IMG/VR virus record: IMGVR_UViG_3300042302_000394
Coordinates: 143,814 to 207,813 of that record
Reading direction: 5' to 3' (one strand)
DNA length: 64,000 nt
Below the pieces are notes generated by a model. That model did no database searches, was not told where the DNA came from, and worked only from the letters and a program-made list of their open reading frames with translations. Positions 50,262 to 58,488 of the stretch are shown piece by piece. The position numbers and the translations under genes were made by a program. The stretch's first letter is position 1; every line of letters begins with the position of its first letter.

Positions 50262-51086
50262 TTATTTGTTTTTCCTATATAAGGATATCCACGATTTTCT
50301 TGCATATCTTTTACTTACAACAGCACCAGTTACAGTCATTGCCGCTAACCAAACAACACTATTTGGTATAGATAATTTATTAAATCTGTTACCGCGTAAC
50401 ATATTTGTAGCATTAGTAAATGACCATTCTACATATTTAGATGTCCACCTTGTTCCGTTTTTAAACAATAAAGGAAGAATGATTTTTGATCCAATAACCT
50501 GATAACCGCGTCGAAATGTTTCACCTAACATTGTATCATGTAAAGCATTTTCGCACCACTTTACTAATTCCATTTTTTCAGATAAAGACCAAGTGCCAGC
50601 GGTAGTCAACGCTGTTGCTACTACGCAAGCACCGGCGCTGCCGCTGCCGCTGCCGCTGGCCGAGCAACTACTACTGTTGCTGTCAGCACAAGAAACACCA
50701 CCGCCACCACCGCCGTCACCTGTAGGTGTGTAAGGAACTTCTGGGTCTGGCTGCGATGTTCCAGAAATACGCACTGTTGTGGTCTCTGATGTAGTAGTTG
50801 AACTAGCGTCCGGGTACTGACCAGACACTGTTAAAACACTGAGATAGTCACCTGTGACCAGTGTGGCCGAAGTATGGAATGTGGTAAATTCAGAACTGTA
50901 TGTACGTGGGGGCAACACCAACGGACTAGCCAGGGTAATGGGCGTTGTGGTAATGTCACTGCCCTCTCCAAATACTGTGAGATTCGCGTGTTGCAGTATC
51001 TTAGTGTTGTCAATTGTAAAAGAGAATGTGGTAACAGTGATGGTGTTTGCACTGTTGTTGTATAGTTTAAAGTTTCCCGCTGCCAT
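50262..51086 (-). CDS. Virion protein with Gly/Ser linker and a C-terminal Cys-initiated helical domain
   Basis: GDGGGGGGVSCADSNSSSCSASGSGSGSAGACVVATAL...RRGY; basic hydrophobic end. Confidence 0.6.
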   Translation of the reverse strand: MAAGNFKLYNNSANTITVTTFSFTIDNTKILQHANLTVFGEGSDITTTPITLASPLVLPPRTYSSEFTTFHTSATLVTGDYLSVLTVSGQYPDASSTTTSETTTVRISGTSQPDPEVPYTPTGDGGGGGGVSCADSNSSSCSASGSGSGSAGACVVATALTTAGTWSLSEKMELVKWCENALHDTMLGETFRRGYQVIGSKIILPLLFKNGTRWTSKYVEWSFTNATNMLRGNRFNKLSIPNSVVWLAAMTVTGAVVSKRYARKSWISLYRKNK

Positions 51087-51101
51087 ATATGTTGTTCTCT
51101 T

Positions 51102-51929
51102 TTATAGTACGATGTTCTCAAAATGGGTCTTGGGCGTGATGATAAAGCCAGGAGCCGTGGTATCTGTATAGGTTATGGTAAATTCCACACCCTTGCCGGT
51201 GTTAACGTCCTTTTGTGCTACCATGCTGATCTGCAGGGTACCACTGGTCCAGTAGGTACTGGTAGTGGGCCAGGCTGTGTCGCGCCACTGTGTTCTGGTA
51301 TATTTCCAGTTCTGGGTATCCTGTATATAGAGTATAAATGCAGCCCACTCCTGATCTAGATCGTTGACCCCCGTGGTGTCATCGTAGAAACTGCTCCAAA
51401 CAAACTCACCCCCAGTGTTAAAGAAATAGTGACCTAGCAGGCTAGTAGTCCAACTGGCCGTGACCACATGGCTGATTTCCCCAACCCATGATGTAGTTGT
51501 ACTGGTACTAACACCCCCTCTATAAGGGCTTGTGGTCACAGCGCCTGTGCGATCTATAGTATTACCACCATCTGAGAAGTACTGGCTAGGATGGCAAGTG
51601 TACCGACGCACATCGTCCAAGAGCCAAAGAGCTCTGTAGTGTAGATCATTATGTGTGGCTGTGGAGACCAGGGTAGTGCCTGTTGTGGGGCCCACTGTTG
51701 ATGTAGTGACGTTTAGTACGTGAAGATGTATTTGATTAATGTCAGCAATCAAGTTATGCCAACCCTGGGCTGTGACCCTGTTGCGATTGGTCACGGGCAC
51801 ACTGTTCAGCCAGGTCAACCCATAGCCATCTATGCCCGTGCCCAGAATTTCTTCCACATTGTTGTAGATGGTGTTGTAGTCGTCGATCTGGATTAGAGTC
51901 AATGGACTGGAATATAGTGGATAGGTCAT
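51102..51929 (-). CDS. Virion (tail/baseplate-associated) structural protein
   Basis: I...DYN.I...V..ILGTG..GYG...W..L..DI.....H and YFFNTGG motifs; TAAATA upstream. Confidence 0.6.
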   Translation of the reverse strand: MTYPLYSSPLTLIQIDDYNTIYNNVEEILGTGIDGYGLTWLNSVPVTNRNRVTAQGWHNLIADINQIHLHVLNVTTSTVGPTTGTTLVSTATHNDLHYRALWLLDDVRRYTCHPSQYFSDGGNTIDRTGAVTTSPYRGGVSTSTTTSWVGEISHVVTASWTTSLLGHYFFNTGGEFVWSSFYDDTTGVNDLDQEWAAFILYIQDTQNWKYTRTQWRDTAWPTTSTYWTSGTLQISMVAQKDVNTGKGVEFTITYTDTTAPGFIITPKTHFENIVL

Positions 51930-52004
51930 AATGATGTTACAATAGTGTGATATTTATCCTTGATCTCGACATTGACAAATCAGCTTAGATTAAATACTAA
52001 CATT

Positions 52005-52763
52005 ATGAAACGATACAAACATTCAGGTACCATGGGCGACATCATATATGCTCTGCCCATAATGCGTCACTTTGGCGGTGGAGAATTTTATCTACACCTC
52101 AATCAAGTTGACTGGATAGGTCAACACTACTACGGTAGCCCCCCAAACCCATTCCATCAGGGTCGCATGACCCCAAAAGATCTAGACTTCATGCAGAGCT
52201 TTTTCCTGGCCCAGGACTACATCACACGCTGTGATGCACTGGATCCCAAAGAGGAAATCACGCACAATTTGGATCTATTCAGACCCTTGTTCGTGGGTCA
52301 CCCGGGCAACTATGTGGACTGCTACGCAGAAGCATTCAAGATCCGAGAGCCGGGTCTGCGCACAATTTTACGCAATCAACCCTGGCTCACCGTGCCCAAG
52401 CCCACGCCCATTGCGGAAATAGTGGTCAACAGGTCCGCTCGTTGGAACAGTCCCGACAGTCTAACAGGTTGGACAGCCATTCGTGATCAAGCAGAAGATC
52501 GAGCTGTGTTTGTGGGTCTACCCGAAGAGCATCAAGAGTTCTGTAAGTTTGCCAACTGGGCCATACCCTATCATCCCACAGAGACCCTACTGGAGTTGGC
52601 TGAAGTCATTGCGGGTGCGGATCAGTTCGTGGGCAATCAAAGCCTAGGTTTGAGTCTGGCCATAGGACTGGGAGCGGACTGGGCCTGTGAACTACGCAGA
52701 GATCTACCACAGGAACGCAATGAATGCTGGTTCCCGGATCATCCCCGCGGCGAATACTTTTAA
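52005..52763 (+). CDS. GT9 (heptosyltransferase-like) glycosyltransferase
   Basis: HSGTMGDIIYALP...LLELAEVIAGADQFVGNQS...LAIGLG; start moved to ATG 52005. Confidence 0.75.
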   Translation: MKRYKHSGTMGDIIYALPIMRHFGGGEFYLHLNQVDWIGQHYYGSPPNPFHQGRMTPKDLDFMQSFFLAQDYITRCDALDPKEEITHNLDLFRPLFVGHPGNYVDCYAEAFKIREPGLRTILRNQPWLTVPKPTPIAEIVVNRSARWNSPDSLTGWTAIRDQAEDRAVFVGLPEEHQEFCKFANWAIPYHPTETLLELAEVIAGADQFVGNQSLGLSLAIGLGADWACELRRDLPQERNECWFPDHPRGEYF

Positions 52764-52771
52764 TCAACAAT

Positions 52772-53503
52772 ATGACAGCAAAATCTCCACGTAGACCCAA
52801 ACTGGGCATAGTACAATCAAGAGGTCTAGGCGACATAGTGATAGCTCTGCCCATAGCTAAATTTTATCACGATCAAGGCTGGGATATTCTGTGGCCCATA
52901 TGTACAGAATTCATCTCGCACTTTGAACACACAGTACCCTGGATCAAATGGATTCCAGTGCAGACAGACCCGGGCAGTTTCTTCTACGACCAACCCATGA
53001 AGGCCCTGAAGAACTTTCATTGTGACGAGATCATCCCCCTGTATCAAGCACTGACGGGCCATAAATTCCACGAAGAACTGTACTTTCAACAGACCAAGTT
53101 TGATCAATACAAGTACATCAAAGCGGGCGTACCATTCTTAAACAAGTGGAAACTTAGCGAGTGTATTCAGCGTGATGCACAAAGAGAACAACGTCTATAT
53201 GACAAGATCATTACCAATGAAAAATACGCAGTAGTACATCTAGAAGGCAGCGATCACACGGCCAACTTCGATCCCAGTATAATACCCAGCGACTGGCAAA
53301 CAGTGTATATCAAAGCGGAAACTGACAGCATCTTCGACTGGCTAAAGATCATAGAAGGCGCAGAAAGTCTAGTAATGGTCGACAGTGTGTATAGTAATCT
53401 AGTTGATCAATTAAAGATCAAAACGGACAAATACTTTATACCAAGAAGTCATGTGGGACTAACACCTGTACACGGTATGGACTGGACATGGATTAAGTTC
53501 TAA
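52772..53503 (+). CDS. GT9-like glycosyltransferase
   Basis: RGLGDIVIALPIA...IFDWLKIIEGA...MVDS; start moved to ATG 52772. Confidence 0.7.
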   Translation: MTAKSPRRPKLGIVQSRGLGDIVIALPIAKFYHDQGWDILWPICTEFISHFEHTVPWIKWIPVQTDPGSFFYDQPMKALKNFHCDEIIPLYQALTGHKFHEELYFQQTKFDQYKYIKAGVPFLNKWKLSECIQRDAQREQRLYDKIITNEKYAVVHLEGSDHTANFDPSIIPSDWQTVYIKAETDSIFDWLKIIEGAESLVMVDSVYSNLVDQLKIKTDKYFIPRSHVGLTPVHGMDWTWIKF

Positions 53504-53523
53504 ACACACAGTATATATACACT

Positions 53524-53664
53524 ACACTGTATACACCCAAATACCCCGCTACAGCCTAATACGTTATAGCGGGATTCTTATATATACACATAGTCAAATA
53601 CCCCGCTGTAGGTCTATTGGGGATTAGTCATACAGCGTATATACACATAGTCAAATACCCCGCT
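53524..53664 (+). repeat. Three direct repeats with a 57-bp period
   Basis: CAAATACCCCGCT at 53538, 53595 and 53652; exact 27-mer TATATACACATAGTCAAATACCCCGCT at 53581-53607 and 53638-53664. Confidence 0.9.
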
Positions 53665-53924
53665 ATAAGAGGCCCCTCACACAGTAAAGAGAACTCAAAC
53701 TTCTACAATGATTGGCGGTGGGAGAACCTGAGAGAACCTGAGGAAGAACGGTGAAAACCATTTTACGATAACCTCTCTTCACCATGGCCCCACCACAGCC
53801 CGCACCCTAGAAATCACGGTGAATCCACAGCCAAACCACAGCATCTTATGCTGGAAAAGTGGCATTTTCGCCACAGAAATGCTGGAAATACACCGGTTAT
53901 TAGCAGGGTTTTTCAGCCCCACAG

Positions 53925-53953
53925 TTGCCCAAACTAGCTAATGATGTTATACT
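53925..53953 (+). promoter_or_regulatory. Sigma70-type promoter with no downstream ORF
   Basis: TTGCCC-17nt-TATACT with extended -10 TG. Confidence 0.6.
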
Positions 53954-53959
53954 ATACGC

Positions 53960-54270
53960 ATACAGTAGAGAAAACCGTAACTGTATAGGTAGTGTATGAG
54001 CTTAACCACAGTCGCTTACCGGATGGGAGTGGGGACCAAGTACATGAGCAGAAGTCCTAGACCTGTGTACTATACAGTGAAAGACCGGCCGGAATGTGGT
54101 AAGCGGCAAAGTCTAGCTCATTGAGCAGGAACAAGGTCTGCGGGCCCGTATAATGACACTTGCGTATATACGGGATATATAATGACTATACTGGTATATT
54201 GGAGTATTATCTCACTATATACAGTATAGTCTATTATGTAGATAATCAATAACTGATTATCTGGATTATC
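53960..54270 (+). ncRNA. Candidate structured non-coding RNA A
   Basis: Promoter upstream, no ORF, nested stems ATGAGCT/AGCTCAT and GTCGCTTACC/GGTAAGCGGC, plus further hairpins. Confidence 0.5.
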
Positions 54271-54272
54271 TT

Positions 54273-54524
54273 TTAAACAAACTCAATATTATCTGTACGC
54301 ATAGTTTGTTTTGCAGTAGAGATAATACGCTCTTTATCTTTTTGTATAGTTTCCCAAACAAAATCTCCGCTAACAAAATCGCATTTAGCACGAGTGGGAA
54401 ACTTCCAAGCACCTTTATCTGTTTGTTCTGTAACATTAAAAGCGCAGATAATAGTATATACTTCTTTTTCTTTATTATATACAATTTTAGCTTTTGCAGT
54501 GTTTGCAGTGTATACTTTTGACAT
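54273..54524 (-). CDS. Hypothetical early protein in inverted orientation, AT-rich
   Basis: AAGGA RBS; TATAAT at 54551-54556 on the minus strand. Confidence 0.75.
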   Translation of the reverse strand: MSKVYTANTAKAKIVYNKEKEVYTIICAFNVTEQTDKGAWKFPTRAKCDFVSGDFVWETIQKDKERIISTAKQTMRTDNIEFV

Positions 54525-54651
54525 GTGCTTCCTTTGTTGTTTAAGTATGTATTATAGCATCTTTTGGAGTGCCTGTCTTGTTGTATTTTGAACACAGATC
54601 ATTTGGAGGGTCTTTGGTTGACTGATTGGTAAAACCTTGCTATAATACACT

Positions 54652-54990
54652 ATGACGACACAAACAGTAACCCGTAAGAAGCGTGTAGACCGCAATCATA
54701 TCATCTATGAGCTTGTGGTCAACGGCAAGAACTACATTGGCGTCACAGCTAAGACAGAGAGCACTGTGAACAAGAGTGTTTTGAGTCGTGCCGCTAAACA
54801 CTTCTATCGTGCCAAGACTGAGACTAAGAACTGGCTGCTCTGTGCTGAGTTGCGCACACTGAGCGACAAGAGCGAGATTGAAGTATACGTGCATGAAGTT
54901 ATACGAGGCAAGGCAGAAGCCCACAAGCGTGAAGTAGAGATCCGCAGAATGGTTAAGCCTGTTTTAAATACAGACGTTCGTGGGGACTAA
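54652..54990 (+). CDS. GIY-YIG nuclease-superfamily protein
   Basis: HIIY...NYIGVT...R...H...E...KPVLN; ATG only 5 nt after TATAAT. Confidence 0.7.
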   Translation: MTTQTVTRKKRVDRNHIIYELVVNGKNYIGVTAKTESTVNKSVLSRAAKHFYRAKTETKNWLLCAELRTLSDKSEIEVYVHEVIRGKAEAHKREVEIRRMVKPVLNTDVRGD

Positions 54991-55061
54991 GTGTCACTTC
55001 AAGTAACACTTGACAAGTTGGTAAAACCGTGTTATAATTGACACTTACACACTAAGGAGCA

Positions 55062-55340
55062 ATGATGAGTTATACACTATACATCTACAAAGCAGATCGT
55101 CGTACAAAGACCGGAGAGCGCTTGTTCTCTACTACAGTTTGGCCCGTAGCGGATGACAATGCCATGCGCCGCACTGTAGCGGACTTGTTCCATTTGTACA
55201 GGCCAGAAGACGGCTTCCGCTTCGACTGGACTCCCAGCATGAAGACTGTTAAGAACTTGATGACTGGGGCAATGGTTGAGATCGCACACGACACTCCCCG
55301 CAGTTGCGATCCGTCAAGCGAACTCTACTGGAGCATGTGA
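55062..55340 (+). CDS. Hypothetical early protein
   Basis: AAGGAG RBS; C-terminal TP.SCDPSSELYWSM. Confidence 0.8.
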   Translation: MMSYTLYIYKADRRTKTGERLFSTTVWPVADDNAMRRTVADLFHLYRPEDGFRFDWTPSMKTVKNLMTGAMVEIAHDTPRSCDPSSELYWSM

Positions 55341-55501
55341 TGAAGAACGAAATTGAACGTTTGAACTTTGTGATCTGGGCCAAGGATCGATTCCCGGGCT
55401 TTACCACCAATCACGAACAATGGACCAAGGCCAATCGGGCATGGCGGGCTGTGGCTCGCAAAAACCCAATGGTTGACAAGGTTATCGGTTTTACCGTATA
55501 A
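55340..55501 (+). CDS. Small hypothetical early protein
   Basis: TGATG coupling, GGAG RBS; its last codons run through the next promoter. Confidence 0.55.
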   Translation: MKNEIERLNFVIWAKDRFPGFTTNHEQWTKANRAWRAVARKNPMVDKVIGFTV

Positions 55502-55528
55502 TATACACTTACACACAAAGGAGCTGAT

Positions 55529-55801
55529 ATGTCCGTTCAATCTATCAACAATGAGATTCTTGCAGGCAACTTCACTAACGATCAACTGACCAGCATCATC
55601 GACGCTGTGAAATTTGCCCGAGCACGCCTTGCAGAGAAGACCAAACGCTCTGTCACGCTGGGCAGTGCTGTGAAGTTCACTAGCACTAAAACAGGCATCA
55701 CTATGCAGGGTGTCGTAGACAAGATCGCGATCAAATACGTAACAGTTCGTACTAACCAGGGCCTGTGGAGGGTGCCTGCAAATATGTTAGAAACCGCTTG
55801 A
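55529..55801 (+). CDS. Hypothetical early protein (SH3-like C-terminus)
   Basis: AAGGAG RBS; G..VKF...G.V.KI..K...V....WRVPA.ML. Confidence 0.8.
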   Translation: MSVQSINNEILAGNFTNDQLTSIIDAVKFARARLAEKTKRSVTLGSAVKFTSTKTGITMQGVVDKIAIKYVTVRTNQGLWRVPANMLETA

Positions 55802-55852
55802 CACTTTGGTAAAACCGTGTTATAATACATACTTGTTTAACAGGAGAAGACG

Positions 55853-56209
55853 ATGACTGTAGTGTATAAAGCAGGTGAGCAGACCTTTAAGGCCGTTGAG
55901 TTGTTGTTTGGCAAGCGCGAACTGGTCAATGCCGTTGTAGAGCAAGTACTGATCAGCCAGACAGAAGCTTTCATTGAGATGATCATGGACGGGCAAGAGG
56001 ACATGTCGCGCAATGGGATCAACGAAACCCTGCGTGGCGTTAAAGACAGCGCCACTGACTTCATTGGCGATATGATGGGCGACCTCGAAAGCATGATCAG
56101 AGAGCGTCTCAAGCAGGTCAACTACGGCGCGGCTGTGACGGGTATTAAGTACGATCTCGCTGGCGACGTTACAGATATTGAGGTCGATGTGTCTGTGGGC
56201 GTTGAATAA
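55853..56209 (+). CDS. Acidic hypothetical early protein
   Basis: AGGAG RBS, 118 aa. Confidence 0.8.
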   Translation: MTVVYKAGEQTFKAVELLFGKRELVNAVVEQVLISQTEAFIEMIMDGQEDMSRNGINETLRGVKDSATDFIGDMMGDLESMIRERLKQVNYGAAVTGIKYDLAGDVTDIEVDVSVGVE

Positions 56210-56271
56210 CCCTTCGGTTGACAGGGTTGGTAAAACCTGTTATAATACATACATCGCAACAAGGAGCTGAT

Positions 56272-56502
56272 ATGCGCAAGTACACTACGAAGCTGTTAGA
56301 GATGATGGATGAGGGTTTGATCTCAGCAGAAGCTGTGGCAGAGATGGCATTGGCCTACATGAGCGAGGACGATGTTAAAGACATGTGCCGTGCTAACGAC
56401 ATCCTGGACGAAGAGGATGAGGACACCATTGTTGAAGAAGACGAGGAGTGGACTCCCGACAATGCAGACTTCTGCGATCCCGGCTCACGTCACCACTATT
56501 GA
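56272..56502 (+). CDS. Acidic hypothetical early protein
   Basis: AAGGAG RBS before ATG 56272. Confidence 0.8.
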   Translation: MRKYTTKLLEMMDEGLISAEAVAEMALAYMSEDDVKDMCRANDILDEEDEDTIVEEDEEWTPDNADFCDPGSRHHY

Positions 56503-56511
56503 AAGGCAACT

Positions 56512-56892
56512 ATGCGATACTACGATGAACTGGCAACTTACGAGCGCGATGGCTTTACTGTGATCGTAGACAAGAGCTACGAAGACCTGAACCCACGTGA
56601 TTGCTTTGACTTTGATAGTGAAGAAGAAGTTAGCAAGATGTGTAAAGACATCGACAATGGCAACTTGGATTGGTTCATGTTGCGAGTGCGTGTAATGGTT
56701 GACAGCCTTGAGATGGGTTCGCACTACCTGGGCGGATGTCTGTACAAGGATGCTCGCGAAGTACTGACAGACGGCACCGCAGAGGACTGCATCGGCGAAG
56801 CACTGCACGAAGCCAAACGCGAAGTCTACAAGTACAAACAAAAATTCGCTGAGTTGAGCGACATGGTTGATCGTGAAGGTGTTGATGTTTAA
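56512..56892 (+). CDS. Hypothetical early protein
   Basis: 126 aa, YLGGCLY motif. Confidence 0.8.
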   Translation: MRYYDELATYERDGFTVIVDKSYEDLNPRDCFDFDSEEEVSKMCKDIDNGNLDWFMLRVRVMVDSLEMGSHYLGGCLYKDAREVLTDGTAEDCIGEALHEAKREVYKYKQKFAELSDMVDREGVDV

Positions 56893-57115
56893 TAAGAATG
56901 AAGTACTACAGTGGGTGGGTGCCGTGGCGATCATTGCCGGGCACGTACTCAACGCAATAGGTCCCAGTGTCTATCCTTACAATATTATCGCGTTCGCTGT
57001 GGGCACTGTAGCGTTCTTGGCATGGGCTATCCGTGTGGCAAATAAGCCACAGGCTGTGGTCAACGTTGTATCATTAGCCATAGGCATTGTAGGGTTATAC
57101 AAAGCATTTGGTTGA
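56885..57115 (+). CDS. Small three-TM membrane protein
   Basis: Hydrophobic 76 aa; stop is the TGA of the next TTGACA. Confidence 0.75.
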   Translation: MFNKNEVLQWVGAVAIIAGHVLNAIGPSVYPYNIIAFAVGTVAFLAWAIRVANKPQAVVNVVSLAIGIVGLYKAFG

Positions 57116-57146
57116 CAAGTTGGTAAAACCTTGCTATAATAAGGCA

Positions 57147-57348
57147 TAGTAAGAAATAAACAGGGTTACCTAGTCCGTTAGGGCCCACAGCAAGCGAAGA
57201 GTTCCGACGGGGACAGGTTGCTGTGGGGCATGAAGGCAGTTGTAAACGAAAGTTTACACGAGTTGCTGACGGGGAACTAGGGCGTAATGTTTGGCACACC
57301 GAACGTTAGAGACGGACTAACGGGTAGTTGACAATCCCCTGTTTTCTT
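57147..57348 (+). ncRNA. Candidate structured non-coding RNA B
   Basis: Perfect TTGACA-17-TATAAT upstream, no RBS or ORF, multi-stem junction (see findings). Confidence 0.75.
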
Positions 57349-57382
57349 GCTATAATACACACTTACACACTAAGGAGCAAAG

Positions 57383-57652
57383 ATGAAAGCACTAGAGAAG
57401 TTTATCGAGCAGAAGAATCACTGGAACAGTTTCTTCAAAGGCGAGCAATACGAGATCCAGAGTGCCAAGGGTCGCCAGCGTATCGCAGACATGATCGATG
57501 CCGCATTGAGTCCGGAGAACTTGACCTGTGATGGCGAACTGAGCCGCACAGAAGTCAATCGTCGCTACAAGGAACTGATGACTGCGGCAAAGCAGTTGAA
57601 GAAGTTGGACCCGGCTGTTTCTTTTTACGAGTGGGAAGAGGAGATCATCTAA
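57383..57652 (+). CDS. Hypothetical early protein
   Basis: AAGGAG RBS; LSPENLTCDGE motif. Confidence 0.85.
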   Translation: MKALEKFIEQKNHWNSFFKGEQYEIQSAKGRQRIADMIDAALSPENLTCDGELSRTEVNRRYKELMTAAKQLKKLDPAVSFYEWEEEII

Positions 57653-57864
57653 TGAAAGCAATGGTTACAACTGTTCTCCGTCAGGAGATTGAAGTGCCCG
57701 AGGGCACGGATCGTCAAAGTGTGCTGGAGTTTCTGGCAGAGAACCAAAGCTTCACAGATGCGTTCTGTGGTGTTAGCGATATGACACAACGGTTCCGCAT
57801 TGTTGATATCAGTGTGGTGGAAGAAGAGATTACTGAACTTGGCGAGGAGAGCTACGATGCCTAA
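57652..57864 (+). CDS. Hypothetical early protein
   Basis: TAATG coupling, GAGGAG RBS. Confidence 0.7.
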   Translation: MKAMVTTVLRQEIEVPEGTDRQSVLEFLAENQSFTDAFCGVSDMTQRFRIVDISVVEEEITELGEESYDA

Positions 57865-58405
57865 TTGGTGTTCAAACGGTATTACACTGCGTCACGCAGA
57901 CCCCCAAATGATCCAGCGGGCCGCCAAGGCTCTGCAAGAGGGCAAGTTCCTGCAGGAGTTCATTCCTTGCCCTGCCGAACTGCTGGACACTGTGGCTCAG
58001 ATGGGCACCAACGATGCTGAAAAAGCTAACCGAGAGAAGTACGGATACAGTTCCTGGTATGACTTCAATGTGGCCAACTGGGGCACCAAGTGGGATGTAG
58101 AGTCTAGCAATGTAGAGATCGAGGATGCTAACACTGTCACAGCTGGCTTCGACAGTGCCTGGGCACCACCCATCCGTGCATATGAGCAGTTGATGGACTT
58201 GGGCTTTGATCTAGTGGCCTTCTACTACGAGCCTGGCATGCAGTTTGTGGGCAAGTGGGACAACGGTAGTGACGACTGCTGTGAGTACGGTGGCGCAACT
58301 GCTGACACGGTGCGTGACATGATCGGCGAGGAGTTAGACGACTACTTCTGCATCAGCGAGAGTATGGCTGACTGGGAAGAAGAGAACCAAGAGGATCAAG
58401 AATAA
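57857..58405 (+). CDS. DUF1281/YubB-like ferredoxin-fold protein
   Basis: MPNWCSN...WY.....NWGTKWD...FDSAWAPP...YYEPGM.F.G. Confidence 0.8.
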   Translation: MPNWCSNGITLRHADPQMIQRAAKALQEGKFLQEFIPCPAELLDTVAQMGTNDAEKANREKYGYSSWYDFNVANWGTKWDVESSNVEIEDANTVTAGFDSAWAPPIRAYEQLMDLGFDLVAFYYEPGMQFVGKWDNGSDDCCEYGGATADTVRDMIGEELDDYFCISESMADWEEENQEDQE

Positions 58406-58488
58406 CCCTACAGCCCCCAGGGGCTTTGGTTGCTCGTTTTACAAAACAGTGTTATAATACACACATGTTAAAACAAACAGGAACCAAA

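Noticed and set aside
53524-53664. CRISPR mini-array (27-nt repeats, 30-nt spacers)
   Set aside because: Only two exact repeats plus one degenerate copy. The repeat has no internal palindrome or typical CRISPR terminal motif, the spacers pair with the repeat, and there are no cas genes in the window. Kept as an unexplained repeat.
53970-54070. Cobalamin riboswitch resemblance (CCGTAACTGT...CCACAG...TGGGAG...AAGTCCTAGACCTG)
   Set aside because: Only the 3' half is loosely matched. The conserved 5' GGGAA/GGTG.AA.TCC part is missing and no gene follows on that strand. A cmscan would settle it.
53995-54190. RNase P RNA resemblance (ACAGTCGC, GAAGTCC)
   Set aside because: Lacks the canonical GAGGAAAGUCC and the 3' ACAGAA...GGCUUA in the right order and spacing.
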